Part shown: positions 35,161 through 47,206 of the stretch, piece after piece | Layout of the letters: every line of letters begins with the position of its first letter | Position numbering within the stretch: position 1 is the stretch's first letter | NCBI GenBank assembly: GCA_047288015.1 | Contig: CM103826.1 | Coordinates: forward strand, 3,917,510-3,981,509 | Direction: 5' to 3' | Length of the DNA: 64,000 bases | From: Mactra antiquata | Lineage: Eukaryota | The notes under the pieces: model-generated | Told to the model about the DNA's origin: nothing | Database searches by the model: none | What the model saw: the letters and a program-made list of their open reading frames with translations, nothing else | Made by a program: the position numbers and the translations under genes

Positions 35161-35260
35161 GTAAACCAACCGTAACTCAAACCGTTTTAAAAACCGTTTA
35201 TAGCTTATACACATTTCTTCAATATATATCTCTGGACATGATAGTTTTATCTTTTTTCAG

Positions 35261-35335
35261 AACTGGGAATTCCAGTATTACACTAACAATCGTAGTAACA
35301 GCTATGTTCGTGATGGAAAATTATTTATTAAACCA
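35261..35335 (+). CDS. Gene 2 exon 5 (GH16).
   Basis: Acceptor cttttttcag|aactgg and donor aaacca|gtaagt. Translation NWEFQYYTNNRSNSYVRDGKLFIKP, a classic GH16 laminarinase N-terminal motif. Confidence 0.85.
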
Positions 35336-35799
35336 GTAAGTATATTTCTTATGTAACATATTTTATTATGATAGTTAAAACTGACTATAATGGTAATATT
35401 CATTCAATTTCAATGAAAAGGTGTTGTTTAGCGAGCAATTGTCCAATATGAGTGCTGGTGATTCCATACGCACTGAACTGTCCTGCACGTTACCCAAGGG
35501 TTCTTGTCGTCTACCATTTACTCTGTGACTAATCATGCATATCATTCGAGATTGCTCTACTTAAAAACGCATTTCTACAAATTTCCTGTCAACCTGTCAC
35601 AAAATGCATTTCCTGCCACTGCATGTAGGACACTTTTGCTAACAAAGCAAGCACGCATGTGTGGTTGTAAAAAAAAGACCCTGCTATTATCTTTATCACC
35701 ATTCTCATAACCCAGAGGTTATCCAAATAAGAATTGTGATAGTCTCTAGGTGCGAGAATGATTTTCACAGACAAAATTCTGTCTAAAGCCGCTGTTGCC

Positions 35800-36045
35800 T
35801 GAGTCATAAATACTAAATCCCGTGTGTCCACGGTCCAATGATAAGTACGACGGTCTTCTAATCTGGCGATCCGAGTTCGATTACCGGCCGTGGCAGGTCG
35901 TACCCTTTCGTGAAAATTCGACAATAATGTTGATTTTCCTGAGTATATGGTGTAATGTCGACTCCTTGTGGAATGGTGAGCGAGAACTGGTACAGAAAGT
36001 AGTCAAGGAAAACATATTGATTGGGTGAGTCGGTCGCTGTTAGAA
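35800..36045 (+). mobile_element. SINE family B copy in gene 2 intron 5.
   Basis: Head ..cgagttcgattaccggccgtggcaggtcgtaccctttcgtgaaaattcgacaataatgttgattttcc plus body. Confidence 0.75.
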
Positions 36046-36157
36046 AATGAAAAATAAAAGTTGATAAATGGCGTAATATCCAAATAAATTTAATTTGATT
36101 TAACAAATATACTTAAGTTTACAAAAAGATATTGAACTTTCAAATATTTTCTTTCAG

Positions 36158-36224
36158 ACATTTACGGTGGATACGCTGAATCGTGGACCTGATGGTTTAA
36201 CACAAGGGTCTTTAGATTTATGGG
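36158..36224 (+). CDS. Gene 2 exon 6 (GH16).
   Basis: Acceptor ctttcag|acatt and donor tatggg|gtacgt. Translation TFTVDTLNRGPDGLTQGSLDLW(G). Phase 0 in, phase 1 out. Confidence 0.7.
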
Positions 36225-36239
36225 GTACGTAGGAATAAA

Positions 36240-36570
36240 GTTTAATTTGCCACGAAAATGCCGTGATATTATTTAGTAAATTAGTAATGATGAGTTATTA
36301 CTAGTTAATTAGGAATTATGTATTATTTTTAGTCAATTAGTAATCGTGTATTATTTTTTGTTAATTAGTAATTATTTTAATTAATTAGTAATCGTGTATT
36401 ATTTTTTGTTAATTAGTAATTATTTTAATTAATTAGTAATCGTGTATTATTTTTTGTTAATTAGTATAATCATTTATCATTTCTAGTTAATTAGTAATTA
36501 TGTATTATTTTTAATTAATTAGTAGTCATGTATTATTTTAGTTGATTAGTGATTATGTATCATTTATTGT
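36240..36570. repeat. AT-rich tandem repeat (ttaattagtaatcgtgtattattttttg plus ttaattagtaattatttta) in gene 2 intron 6.
   Basis: About 49-bp compound unit repeated about 6 times. Confidence 0.85.
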
Positions 36571-36577
36571 TTTGAAG

Positions 36578-36760
36578 GTTCCTTGCCAGGCGATGTGTGC
36601 ACTGGAAATGGTTGGTGGGGATGTCGACGTGATGGTTCTCCAAATAATATCCTCAATCCTATACAGTCTGCTAGATTAAGAAGTTCCCGTGGTTTTAATT
36701 TCAAATATGGTAAAGTGGAAGTAAGGGCAAAAATGCCAAAAGGAGATTGGATATGGCCTG
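36578..36760 (+). CDS. Gene 2 exon 7 (GH16).
   Basis: Acceptor ttttgaag|gttcc and donor gcctg|gtatgt. Translation GSLPGDVCTGNGWWGCRRDGSPNNILNPIQSARLRSSRGFNFKYGKVEVRAKMPKGDWIWP. Confidence 0.85.
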
Positions 36761-36917
36761 GTATGTTTATTAAATATTTATTGTTAATGAATGTCAAGTA
36801 CTAGTATATGATAATTATTATTATATAATAATTATAGAGTTCTAAACTTTTACTTGATATGTTTATAAAATTACAATGTAAACCGATTGGGTTCACTGAA
36901 ATCAAATTAATTAAAAG

Positions 36918-37315
36918 CTGCGGTCGTGACCGAGTGAAAAGAGCGCTCGACTACGGATCATAAGGCCCCATGTTCGAACCCCAGTCGTGGCAGGTTATAC
37001 CCTTCCATTAAACTTTGACTAATAATTGTCTATTATCCTCCTCTATATCCTCCTTTTCCTCCTTTGTCGAATTTTTATAGAAGGGTATTACCAGCCCGGG
37101 TGGGACTCGAACCAGACCCCCGTCGCAGCAGACCAAACTCTTCCATGAAAATCTAATATTTAATATAGATTTTACTCAGCAGAGGGAGAAGTTTTCGGCT
37201 CCTTGTGGAAGGGTAAGCAAGTACTGGTTAAAGAAAAGTGTCCAGGAAATCCGGTTAGGTTAGTCGGCCGCCGTACATAACCTTAACATGTGTTGATAAA
37301 CGTCGTTAAATCAAA
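36918..37315 (+). mobile_element. SINE family B copy with duplicated head in gene 2 intron 7.
   Basis: Two tRNA-like heads followed by the family B body ..ccttgtggaagggtaagcaagtactggttaaag..gttaggttagtcggccgccgtacataacc. Confidence 0.7.
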
Positions 37316-37396
37316 TTTTAAAAAATAAGTTTATTTGGCATCTACTCTGGCAATAAGAATTCCCGTATTAACATGTGGCATGTTTTAAAAAAGACA

Positions 37397-37675
37397 CCTG
37401 CCTGGCTAGCTCAGTCGTTGCGCGCAAATCTACTGATCGAGGGGTCATGGGTTCGATCCCCAGGTGGGGCATACTTTCGTGGAGCTTGGTCATGAAATTA
37501 TTTCTACAGCCATTCTCCCTCCTACCACTGATTCTAAATCATGTAGGGCAGTTGTCAGTCACTGACGGACGTATGCGCTTAGTAACTGGTTAACAGCTAA
37601 TCCAGAAATTTAGCCTTTCCAGGAACGGTGAGTAGGTTGACTGACCTATACAATGTGTTACTACGGCGTTAAACC
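37397..37675 (+). mobile_element. SINE family A copy in gene 2 intron 7, ending about 75 bp before the catalytic exon 8.
   Basis: Head cctgcctggctagctcagtcgttgcgcgcaaatctactgatcgaggggtcatgggttcgatcccc plus core and tail. Confidence 0.85.
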
Positions 37676-37750
37676 CAAAACAAAACACAAAAATTATAAA
37701 AAAGACAATTGCCTTTGTGACACTGATGCTACTTAGTATTGTTTCTTCAG

Positions 37751-37828
37751 CTATTTGGATGTTACCACTAAGAAATGCTTATGGAAAATGGCCAGCATCA
37801 GGAGAGATCGATATTGTTGAAGTCAGAG
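37751..37828 (+). CDS. Gene 2 exon 8: GH16 catalytic exon (ExDxxE).
   Basis: Acceptor gtttcttcag|ctatt and donor cagag|gtaggt. Translation AIWMLPLRNAYGKWPASGEIDIVEVRG. E-I-D-I-V-E is the GH16 nucleophile / acid-base motif and is intact. Confidence 0.9.
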
Positions 37829-38484
37829 GTAGGTACATGCAGTTGTTGAAATTTGTTATACATTTGTAACTCATTTTGTTTGCTTTACTTACCTATTTAA
37901 ATATACGAAGGGAGGTAATACAGCGTCCAGTAGTACTACTACTTAGTTAACTTCCTTACACCAGGACGCGTGCAAATAAACCTTTAGAATGGGTTTCATG
38001 CTTAATACGCAGTTTCGTTCTAAATAGATTTCCTTTTAAACTATTGCAAATTGATTTATTGTTTTCCACTATCAAAAAGGTACTGTTCGAGGACGACAGT
38101 AAGTTTTAAATTTGAGCATAGAATCAGTTCTCAACTGTTATATAACCTCAGATCCAGGATATCATGTACAAGTACTTATTTCATACTCATTGATTGTTTT
38201 ACAAGTTTGTTAAAAAGAACTTAAACATTTACCATCCACGAAGTCTACTCAGTACAAACATATACCCGCCTTCCTTGAAATGAGACCTTAACAATACTAT
38301 ATACCTTATATATATATAAGTTCATCCATTGTAAGACATTGAATCACGTATGTCAGTTGGTATTAATGGACTTCGAAAGCTTTGTATATACATCTATAAG
38401 CCAACGTATTGCCTTCATCAAGATTCTATTCTTAACATTAATTCAAATACATATATATCAAATTGTCTTTTACATTCTAAATAG

Positions 38485-38602
38485 GTAACGCCAATTATCG
38501 TAATACAAATGGTCATTCAAAGGGTATAGACAATGCTGGCAGTACTTTACATTTTGGATCAGACTTCTGGCATAATAAATTTTACAAAGCTCATGGTGAT
38601 AA
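38485..38602 (+). CDS. Gene 2 exon 9 (GH16).
   Basis: Acceptor taaatag|gtaacg and donor gtgataa|gtaagt. Translation GNANYRNTNGHSKGIDNAGSTLHFGSDFWHNKFYKAHGDK. Phase 1 in, phase 2 out. Confidence 0.8.
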
Positions 38603-39386
38603 GTAAGTTTTTGTCTTTAAGAAATTCATTTGTACATATCGAAAGTTGGGAATGGAATTTTGATGTAAAAAGAAACTAATCAACCCATGTCAATGAAAAT
38701 TATGAATACAATTTGTATAATAATGCAGTTCGTTTCATTGGAAGACCAAAGAAAAATGACTTGTTCCTGATTCAAGGGATTTGGCAAATTGAAAATGCTC
38801 TATGTTCATTACTACTAGGGTGTCAGAAACGCAACTGGGTCAAAATGTTCCCTGGGCAATCGTCTTTCAAAAATATCAATTTTTTGGACCCAAATCTCGA
38901 CTTCCATGGTTGGAGCAGAGAAAAATGAGCTGAGAAAACCACAAGTTTTTGCACTTTGCAACCTCGAATTGCATTTCAGACGGCTGAGGGTTCTTGAAAT
39001 GATGCCTAAAGTGCTAGTGGTTTTCACTTAGTTTTTAGAGCCTCAAAGCATGCTAAATTATCACCATTTCGCGCCATTTGCCTGCACCTAACAACTTAGC
39101 AATCAGGGACGCTCTACTCCCTTCATACCAAAAGCACAGCGGAAGACACATACACCTTCCCTCTGGGACTCCTGAGGTTATCGTTTCGTGGAGTGGCCCT
39201 TGAAAAAATGTCAACTTTTTATAAACAACTTTCCATAAGGTTCACAATTTATAAAATCTGTGAATGAATCTATCTACCATAGGCTTTTTATAAATCTGAG
39301 CAATACCACTTTCTCTTCTGTTTTTGTTATTTTCATGCATGATCAATAAATATGCTATCAATGTGCTGTTAATATGTATTTTTTAG

Positions 39387-39458
39387 AATGGCTGACCAAG
39401 GCACTTATGCTGATGGTTTTCATATCTTTGAACTGATTTGGGATGAAAATCACATTAG
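39387..39458 (+). CDS. Gene 2 exon 10 (GH16).
   Basis: Acceptor attttttag|aatgg and donor cacattag|gtaagt. Translation (K)MADQGTYADGFHIFELIWDENHI. Phase 2 in and out. Confidence 0.8.
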
Positions 39459-40583
39459 GTAAGTTAGGCTTACAATTCAAATCAAAATGGTAACAGTTTG
39501 ATGCAGAAAGTATGAATTGTCAGTGATAGTGTGCAATACCATTTTGTGTTTTGAACATTAGACAGATTATGAAACATCTTTCTTAATTAAGAAAAGAGCC
39601 ACATTGTTTGAATACAAACGATATATTCAAATTGCAAAGACAATATATTATATGTACATGTATGTACAATAATTCTACTTAAGGATAAAATTACTATCCG
39701 TGTGAAGAGCTTAGCAATGCTAAAGTTTTTTGTCATCATATGCACTAAACTAAAATAACAGAGGGCGGCACTCCATACATGTGTGGCTGACCTTCGTTTT
39801 GTCCTGAGTTGATGATAGTGTCTCCACTCAATAGTATTGCCTTTCCAGATCCTGTCCGTCTTGTCTCACATTAGACCAAATATCTTTAGATTGTATCTGT
39901 GTATCTCTCTACATGTATTTACTTAAGGACATCTACTGGTCTTACATAGGGTTTACAGGTCCCTATCCTGGTCTTGGTTTTGATTGTCAGTTGAGTTGTG
40001 GAAGCACTGGCTTCCAAAGGGCTTTCACCAGCACGCGTCATGGACTCTATAGCAAAGGGCTTTTTTCTCACCATGTCGTTTATGGAAATTGTTGTTGCAG
40101 CTTCTGTAACCGTCATTTTTAAAGTATCGGGTTGTTAGCCCAATACAAACTTTGACCCAACCTGGAGGACCAGTGATCGAGTCTGGTCTCGACCCATTGA
40201 CTTGTCTGGCTAGGGTGGCCCTACCAGGAGATGAATCTCCCGCAAGCATAGCTCTCAGGGTCGTTAAGACACACGAGCCCCCCCCCTCCACCATTACGCC
40301 AAGGTTGCACTCGTAGGACAGATTTATAGCAGGTCTACTCCATGAAGATGAACGACATTAGCCAGCACTTTTCAAATATAATCATCTCTGTATGGAAGTG
40401 CTGTAAAAATATGTTGGCATTAGGTAAATCATCCGTGTACCAACATGGTTTAAATGTGTTAACTAAATTTTATATCACCCTTATATCACTGTTATGGAAC
40501 AGGCTTTGATAATATAAACACAATACTAACAAAAATGGACTATAGTTAGCTCTGCTTAATTTTCTGGTATTCTACTGTTTCAG

Positions 40584-40716
40584 TGCATCAATTGATGGTA
40601 CAAGAGTAATGAATGTTGAACCAAGACAAACAATGTGGGAATTTGGTGGATTGGATAAGGATAACGTAGATAATCCATGGGTTGGTGGAAATAAAATGGC
40701 TCCTTTTGATCAAGAG
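40584..40716 (+). CDS. Gene 2 exon 11 (GH16).
   Basis: Acceptor tactgtttcag|tgcatc and donor caagag|gttagt. Translation SASIDGTRVMNVEPRQTMWEFGGLDKDNVDNPWVGGNKMAPFDQE. Confidence 0.8.
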
Positions 40717-40920
40717 GTTAGTACAACAGTCTGAGGGGCACCAATGTGGTTTACATACACACTTTGAACATATCAGGTCAAAATTTTCTGCGACTGCGGT
40801 GCAGTGGTTAGCATACTCAATTCCCAACCATAAAATTTGCAACTATTAGGATGACCAGCTTATTCTATCCTTGTAAAACACTTGAGTGCATCAGATAGCA
40901 CAAAAGTGTTTTGGTTTTTA

Positions 40921-41049
40921 TGAAGCTTTACCGCTCTTCTGAAAATAAAATCAGTCATATTGCAATGGTCAGTCAACCTACTCACTGTTTTTGTAGAGGC
41001 TTAGATCTCTAGACCTAAGCTTTAACCAGTAGTAGGCACCTACCTTCAC
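40921..41049 (-). mobile_element. SINE family C tail fragment (minus) in the last intron of gene 2.
   Basis: Tail-only match. Confidence 0.6.
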
Positions 41050-41134
41050 CAATAACTGACAACATTTCTATTGTAAAATAAAACTTTCGTCCAATCAAAA
41101 GCATTATAATTAATGTATCCAATTTTTGTTTCAG

Positions 41135-41359
41135 TTTTTCTTTATACTGAATGTAGCAGTTGGGGGAACCGGAGGGTACTTCCCAGATCATTATCAGAGT
41201 AATCCACCTAAACCATGGAGCGATCAATCTGGCACTGCTGCACGTGATTTCTGGAACGCACGAGGACAATGGTACCCAACATGGAACCCTGATAAGAACA
41301 ATGGAGAAGATGCTGCAATGCAAGTTGATTACATCAAAGTCTGGAAATTAAAACCATAG
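41135..41359 (+). CDS. Gene 2 exon 12: terminal exon with stop TAG at 41357..41359.
   Basis: Acceptor ttgtttcag|ttttt. Translation FFFILNVAVGGTGGYFPDHYQSNPPKPWSDQSGTAARDFWNARGQWYPTWNPDKNNGEDAAMQVDYIKVWKLKP* is the GH16 C-terminal consensus. Confidence 0.9.
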   Translation, partial: FFFILNVAVGGTGGYFPDHYQSNPPKPWSDQSGTAARDFWNARGQWYPTWNPDKNNGEDAAMQVDYIKVWKLKP

Positions 41360-42484
41360 AACCATAGACTCTAGGAATGACCATTGATCGTACTCTAAGA
41401 TTGTATATATTAAATGTGGACCTTATGTAATGAAGTCTTCTTAAAGGGTAATTCAGTCACCAAAACAACTTCAGCTGAAATAAGTGTACTGAAAAAGAAA
41501 CACATGAGTTAAAGAGTTTTTGAATTTGCATAAGTATTAACAAAATTATGAGCATTTAAATGTTTATTTTCTCATACTTCCTATGACATCACAATGACGT
41601 CATAAGAAGTTAATTAATGTGCGCATCGCTAATTTCTCTGTAATTAGAAACATAAATTGCGAATTAAACATGAAATTTTGAAGTTCAAAAAACAGTTTTT
41701 ACAAATTTATTTAATTTTTCATTTCAATGTTACTTTAGTCATAGAAAATTAGACAAAAGGAAACTCATTTGATGGACACTCCCACCTTATTTATATTCAT
41801 AAGCAAATATTGCATCTTCAATTATGAATAACTGCTTTATTAGGCAGCCGATTTTCAAAATTCTTTCACATTTGAGTTTGTTTTCAAAATATCTTTCATT
41901 TAAGCTCAAGTTGTTTTTTTACTGAATCTACCCTTTAATGTTGGTATTGGTTAGAACTGTTGTTATTCTTCATACATTGATATTATACTTGTTGAACACT
42001 GAATTTGTACTTTTATTTCAAATATTTTGACGCCATGTTGTAACTACTTTCACTTCACATGACCAAACATGAATGGCACACTTTGAAAAATTAAACTCTT
42101 CCAATATCCAGTGGGAAAAACCCATACCACGCCTTTCTTGTTGAATACAGTCATTGGGGCTACTCCAAGACTTTAATGTCTTGAATGCAAAGTTGTCATT
42201 TGCATGGGACAGATACAATTCAAAACTTGCCATCTTGCCAACTTTCCCACATGAAAGACATTGTCGGGACTCAACATCTACTTATGAGCAACACAGGCCA
42301 TTGAGAAAATACTATTTTAAGTTAATCCATACATCAAGAAGTGGAAGAAAAATAAATAAACAAAAACTGTAAGATTATAGAAGCATAGATTTATTGATCA
42401 CACCAGAAACAAGCAATGTTGCAAATATACAATACAAGTAACAAAAAAATATAGTAAATATGTAATGAAAACGTTAAATCCCCC

Positions 42485-42780
42485 TTTCTTAGTTTTTCCA
42501 TCATTCTCTATGTTCCTCCCATTCCCATTTTGTATGTCCCTCCCATTTCTCTAAGTCCCATCCATTTCTCTATGTACCTCCCATTTCTCTCAGTCCCAAC
42601 CATTTCTCTATTTCTCTTCCATTTCACTGTGTCCCTACTCATTCATCTGTCCCATTTGTCTTAGTCCCTAAAAAGTTTATAAGTTTCTAACCTACACTCA
42701 CAGTCCTTCTCCCCAACATTCTAAGTCTCTCCCTCACCGATCCCTCAGAGTCCCCCTACCCCCCCCCCCACCCCCTCAAC
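42485..42780. repeat. About 21-bp tandem repeat (tccc.cccatttctcta.g) followed by a poly-C/CA tract, downstream of gene 2.
   Basis: At least 8 units, then ccccctaccccccccccaccccctcaacc. Confidence 0.8.
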
Positions 42781-44166
42781 CTATCAAGATATATATAATT
42801 ACACTGCTCTAGTAAATCGATATAGTCAGAGATTTAGCTTTATAAACATAATTTTGTTTGTCATTTGAAATTACAAATATTTTGTTTTTATTTTCACTAT
42901 TCATTTTGTCTAATCAAACTTGGTTTCGTAGATGTTCAGGATGAAAAAAGTATTTAAAAAAATGAAAAATATTTTAACTAGAATATATTCTACCTAATGC
43001 CAAAACAAAAGACTAAAATTAACAAGTAAACATTATTTCTGCAAGTACACGATGCTGAAAGAGTATTATTTAAAATAATTCTTTGCGCAAAAAATTAAAG
43101 ACATTTTGAAGGTATACATGCAAAAAGCCAAAGGAAAACATTATTGGAAAAAAAATAGAAAATATCATTATAGGAAGAGGAAAAGCATCAATCATATTTG
43201 CATCAAATGACAAACATTATCATGCATTTTTTTTTTACTTTCCATACTTTCCACTCCACATAAATATATTGTTATTAAATCAACAGAGATCCTATGTAGT
43301 TATACTTCTTAGGGCAGTATTTGATATAATTTGCCTCTATGTCTCTACATAGTACACGGCCACCCAAAAGTTCCTTCATAGTACAATTAACTTATGTTCA
43401 TTATATATTATAATTATTATCTACGCAATGACAACAGAATATCATGGATATAATTATTCATTAATAAGTTGCAGCAATAATTATCTGTCAGATTCTAAAG
43501 CCATGATCAATGTTTCTTAATGCTACAACCTAGATTTTAAAGATCAAATTCCTCCAAAATTTTCATTTTTTTGTAACTAAATTTATTTGATAGAGTTTTA
43601 TTAGCTGAGAAAAATGGTGCAATTTTTATCCACATCAGATATCAAACAATGAAGTTATGGAAGATTTTGTGTCACAAAAATGAATATTCATGATGACATC
43701 GATGATGTCATCGATGATCTTATTAATATGCATAACTGATTTTTCTACTACCACATGCATTTAAAACATATTTTCTTGTTGGTTTTCAACAGTAATCATT
43801 TTCAGCTTCATATTCAAACAGAATGTTACTTAATTTTTTAGCATATATGCATTTTGCAAGTGTTCTAAAATTTTATTAAATAAGTGGGCATGTCCTTATT
43901 TCCTTATATGGAAAACACTTAAATTGGTTATATGTTGGTTATTCATTGTCCGATTTTCATTCTGTTTTCTTTAAAGTGAATGTCTCAAAAATTCCTTTTA
44001 AACACAATTGACTCCCAAATCAGTGAATTTGACCTTTAAGTTATTTTTGAAATCTCATATCTTAAGGAAAATCTACTGATTTCCGAAGTAAAACATGGAA
44101 GCGTTTTAACATAAACTGAAATTACATCTTTCACTGAGTTTTGTGAGTCTTTTTCTTTTGGTGGTT

Positions 44167-44290
44167 GGAAGGAGAATGGCTGTAGAAATTGTTACATGAC
44201 CAAGCTCCACGAAAGTATGCCCCGCCCAGGAATTGAACCTACTACCCCTTGATCAGTAGACTTGTGCGTTACTGAGCTAGCTAGGCGAGC
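44167..44290 (-). mobile_element. SINE family A fragment (head plus core, minus).
   Basis: Reverse complement of the head and core: ..catgaccaagctccacgaaagtatgccccgcccaggaattgaacc... Confidence 0.75.
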
Positions 44291-46999
44291 TGTGAAAGTC
44301 TGTTTGGTACAATTTAAATTGAGAATGTGTGAAGGAACTTTTGGATGACAGGGTATCTCTAATATTAAATAATCTAGCTAAACAAAATCATAAGCAAACT
44401 AAATTACAGTAAAATCTTTCCTTAAGACCACTACAAAGATGAAACAACTGAAATATGTTTCCATAAACTGTCATGTCGAACATGTATCATCTTTTTGTTT
44501 AATCAATGTACATTTCAGTTGATTTTCAGCCAGACTAAAGGATGTTCAAGCTATTGTTTGTGTACTATAGATGTTGTAAATTATAAAGAAGTTAATACAG
44601 TCAAATGAGTTAAAAATCACACCAAATACAAATACAGAAAATCTGAATACATATCAAATGTTAGTACATGCTTAACTCTTTAATCTTTTCTACGCCTTTT
44701 GACACTTTATACCCCCCCTCCCAATTTGGCCAAGTTGTATTCCTGTCACACTAATGGCGATGAAACAAGAGCAATTTCAAATTGCCCTACCATGATAAGC
44801 TGGAAAAAGGCTCTTTTCTGTCCAAGTGAAAAATGGGAAAGGGTTAAAAAGGACTAAGTATTTTCAGTGAAAAATCTACCTCATGTAACCCTTTAAAAAT
44901 TCCATAATATAAGAAGCTCATTTTAGATTATTTCACTCCCAATTAGACTGGTAATACATGTTATACTTTCCTAACTAAACACTTAAGGCCATGGAAGATA
45001 CAAGGGTAAAAGTTCAAAATTTTGAAAATTCTGAAATATTCATATCTTATGGAATTCATACATCATTAGTTCAGTACACAAATATAAGATATTTCAACTC
45101 TCAAAATCTTGAATTCAAAAATAATCCTGAAAAAAAAAACATCCATGAATCTATATTGTGGTCTTACATTTTGTAATATTGAAAATTTTACTGTAATTTA
45201 CTACTGCTATACAAGATGTTACCAATATCAAACCATACAGAAAAGTAAATATTAAGACAATAAACTGTCTTCGTAGCTTTATGTCTCTGACTTCGCTGGT
45301 CTTCTTTTAGAAAACCATATTTATTTTTATTTTAAATATTTATTTTTTGTTTTAGACAACGCTATGATGTACTGACTTGTATTTGGAAACATTTTAAAAC
45401 TAGACATAACTAAACACTGACTTTCAAAAGCCTCAGGGTCATACTAAAGTATCTTCCTTTTACATAAGTACCATCACTTTGCATAAAATCCTCAAAAAAC
45501 TTAACCTTCTGTTCAAAACAGCACAAAACCATGGTATCACCTATTTCTTCAGACACTGTTTTGCAGTTGCAGTTTTGAATGGTAGCCTTAAAATATATTT
45601 TTTAGTTCTGACTCAGTGTTCAACTAAAGCACAATTATCACAGTGCTGTACCGAGTCCTTTTGTTTTTTTGTTTTTAGCACAAGATAAAACTCTAGTATT
45701 TTGTACATAAGTTCAGCTACAATAATTCTACCCACCCTGGGCCCTCATAACAATTTAAAACATATATACACAAGTCAATTCAATCATAGCATTGTCCCCA
45801 GAGCAGCGCAATTTATCTCAAAATTCAACAATCCATTACATCAATCATACAATCTAAGGTTTTTTTTAATGAACAATTTTGTCTGTCAAATTTAACCTGA
45901 TACTCTATCTTTATTAATAATAATGTCACAGTGTCATGATACATACAAATATAAGAATTTTAAACTGTTTATAACACTTTTATTTTATTATTTAAGATAG
46001 CCAGGTCACCTAACCAGCTTCCAGGCGAATTTTATTTTACAAGTACTCACTTACCCTTCAACAAGCAGCCAACAACTCCCTATACGGAGAAAAATTGATA
46101 TATATTCCAAGACTAATTTTCAAGTATTGGCATAGCCAGTCGAAACTGTCAAATTTTTCCTTCCATACTGGTTGAAAAGAGCTATTTATATCATTACTTT
46201 AGATCTCACAGCAATATTTGTAATTCATTGACTGCTACCATGAAAATGACCTTGACTTCTTAAAAAGGTTGTCAAATTAATTGCACCACGGTGTGTAATT
46301 AGTATAAGGTATATGTATCAGGTTAAATTTGTCAGGCTGTACATGAATACAAAATGTGTCATGTTAATCAAACAACAAGCTCAAATGGTACCGGGTATTT
46401 AAAGCAAAAAAGCAGAAAACAAAAAAAATATATACAGAATACACTAAATCAAACAATTACATACAAGTGGATAAGATTCAATAAAAAATCAAAATATATG
46501 TCTACTTTTAAGAATTTTAAAGCAACTAAAATATAGCAAAAAAAATGACATAATGTAAAAATCAAGAATCAGGCTTGTCTGTCTGAGCTATGGCATACAT
46601 CAACTCAATATAAACCAAAGTTTCCAATTTCCTCACAATAAACCACAAAATTAGTACATAAAATAAGCTTAATATTTAATGCTAAAATTGCATATAAATA
46701 AAATACATATATCGAACCAAAATACATAGTAGTTTCTCTTTTTATTTAACGTTTCAACTAAAAAGCCTTCATCAAACAAGGATTTAATCCATTATCAAAC
46801 AATATATTCATTACACAGAATGTTATTCATATTAATACACAAAATTAAGAAGTAAATACAGTCATTAATTTTCCGTATTTAAATGAAGCCTAAAGCCTAA
46901 AATACACAATAATAACAATAATATGGAATTCTTTGGACCCTTTTTTGGCCCGTTTTTCATGAGATTACATCTCCACTCGCACAATGTCTTCCTGTATGT

Positions 47000-47206
47000 T
47001 TAACAATTCAAACTCTTCATTTCCTCAGCATTATCAGAGTTAACTCCTCCCTCCATCTTCTCGTCCACAGATTTGTCTTCTATATCTTCAATACTCTCAG
47101 GTAATTTACGGTGGAGTGTTTCAGGTAAGATCAAAGTTAGGAATCCACCAATCAAAGTCACAATACCAAACAATATCAATGGTAAAGACTTACTTCCATA
47201 CTGATC
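47000..47206 (-). CDS. SLC22-family transporter exon 8: terminal exon with TAA stop.
   Basis: Minus-strand acceptor atactttcag|gatcag. Translation DQYGSKSLPLILFGIVTLIGGFLTLILPETLHRKLPESIEDIEDKSVDEKMEGGVNSDNAEEMKSLNC*. LPET..K.LPE.IED is the SLC22 C-terminal consensus. Confidence 0.9.
   Translation of the reverse strand, partial: DQYGSKSLPLILFGIVTLIGGFLTLILPETLHRKLPESIEDIEDKSVDEKMEGGVNSDNAEEMKSLNC

Noticed and set aside
41360-46999. An additional gene between gene 2 and the SLC22 gene.
   Set aside because: Only short AT-rich ORFs with no splice-consistent coding blocks or recognisable motifs. The region contains repeats at 42095..42255 and 42485..42780, a SINE-A fragment and a SINE-B fragment. 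It is probably 3' UTRs plus intergenic DNA.
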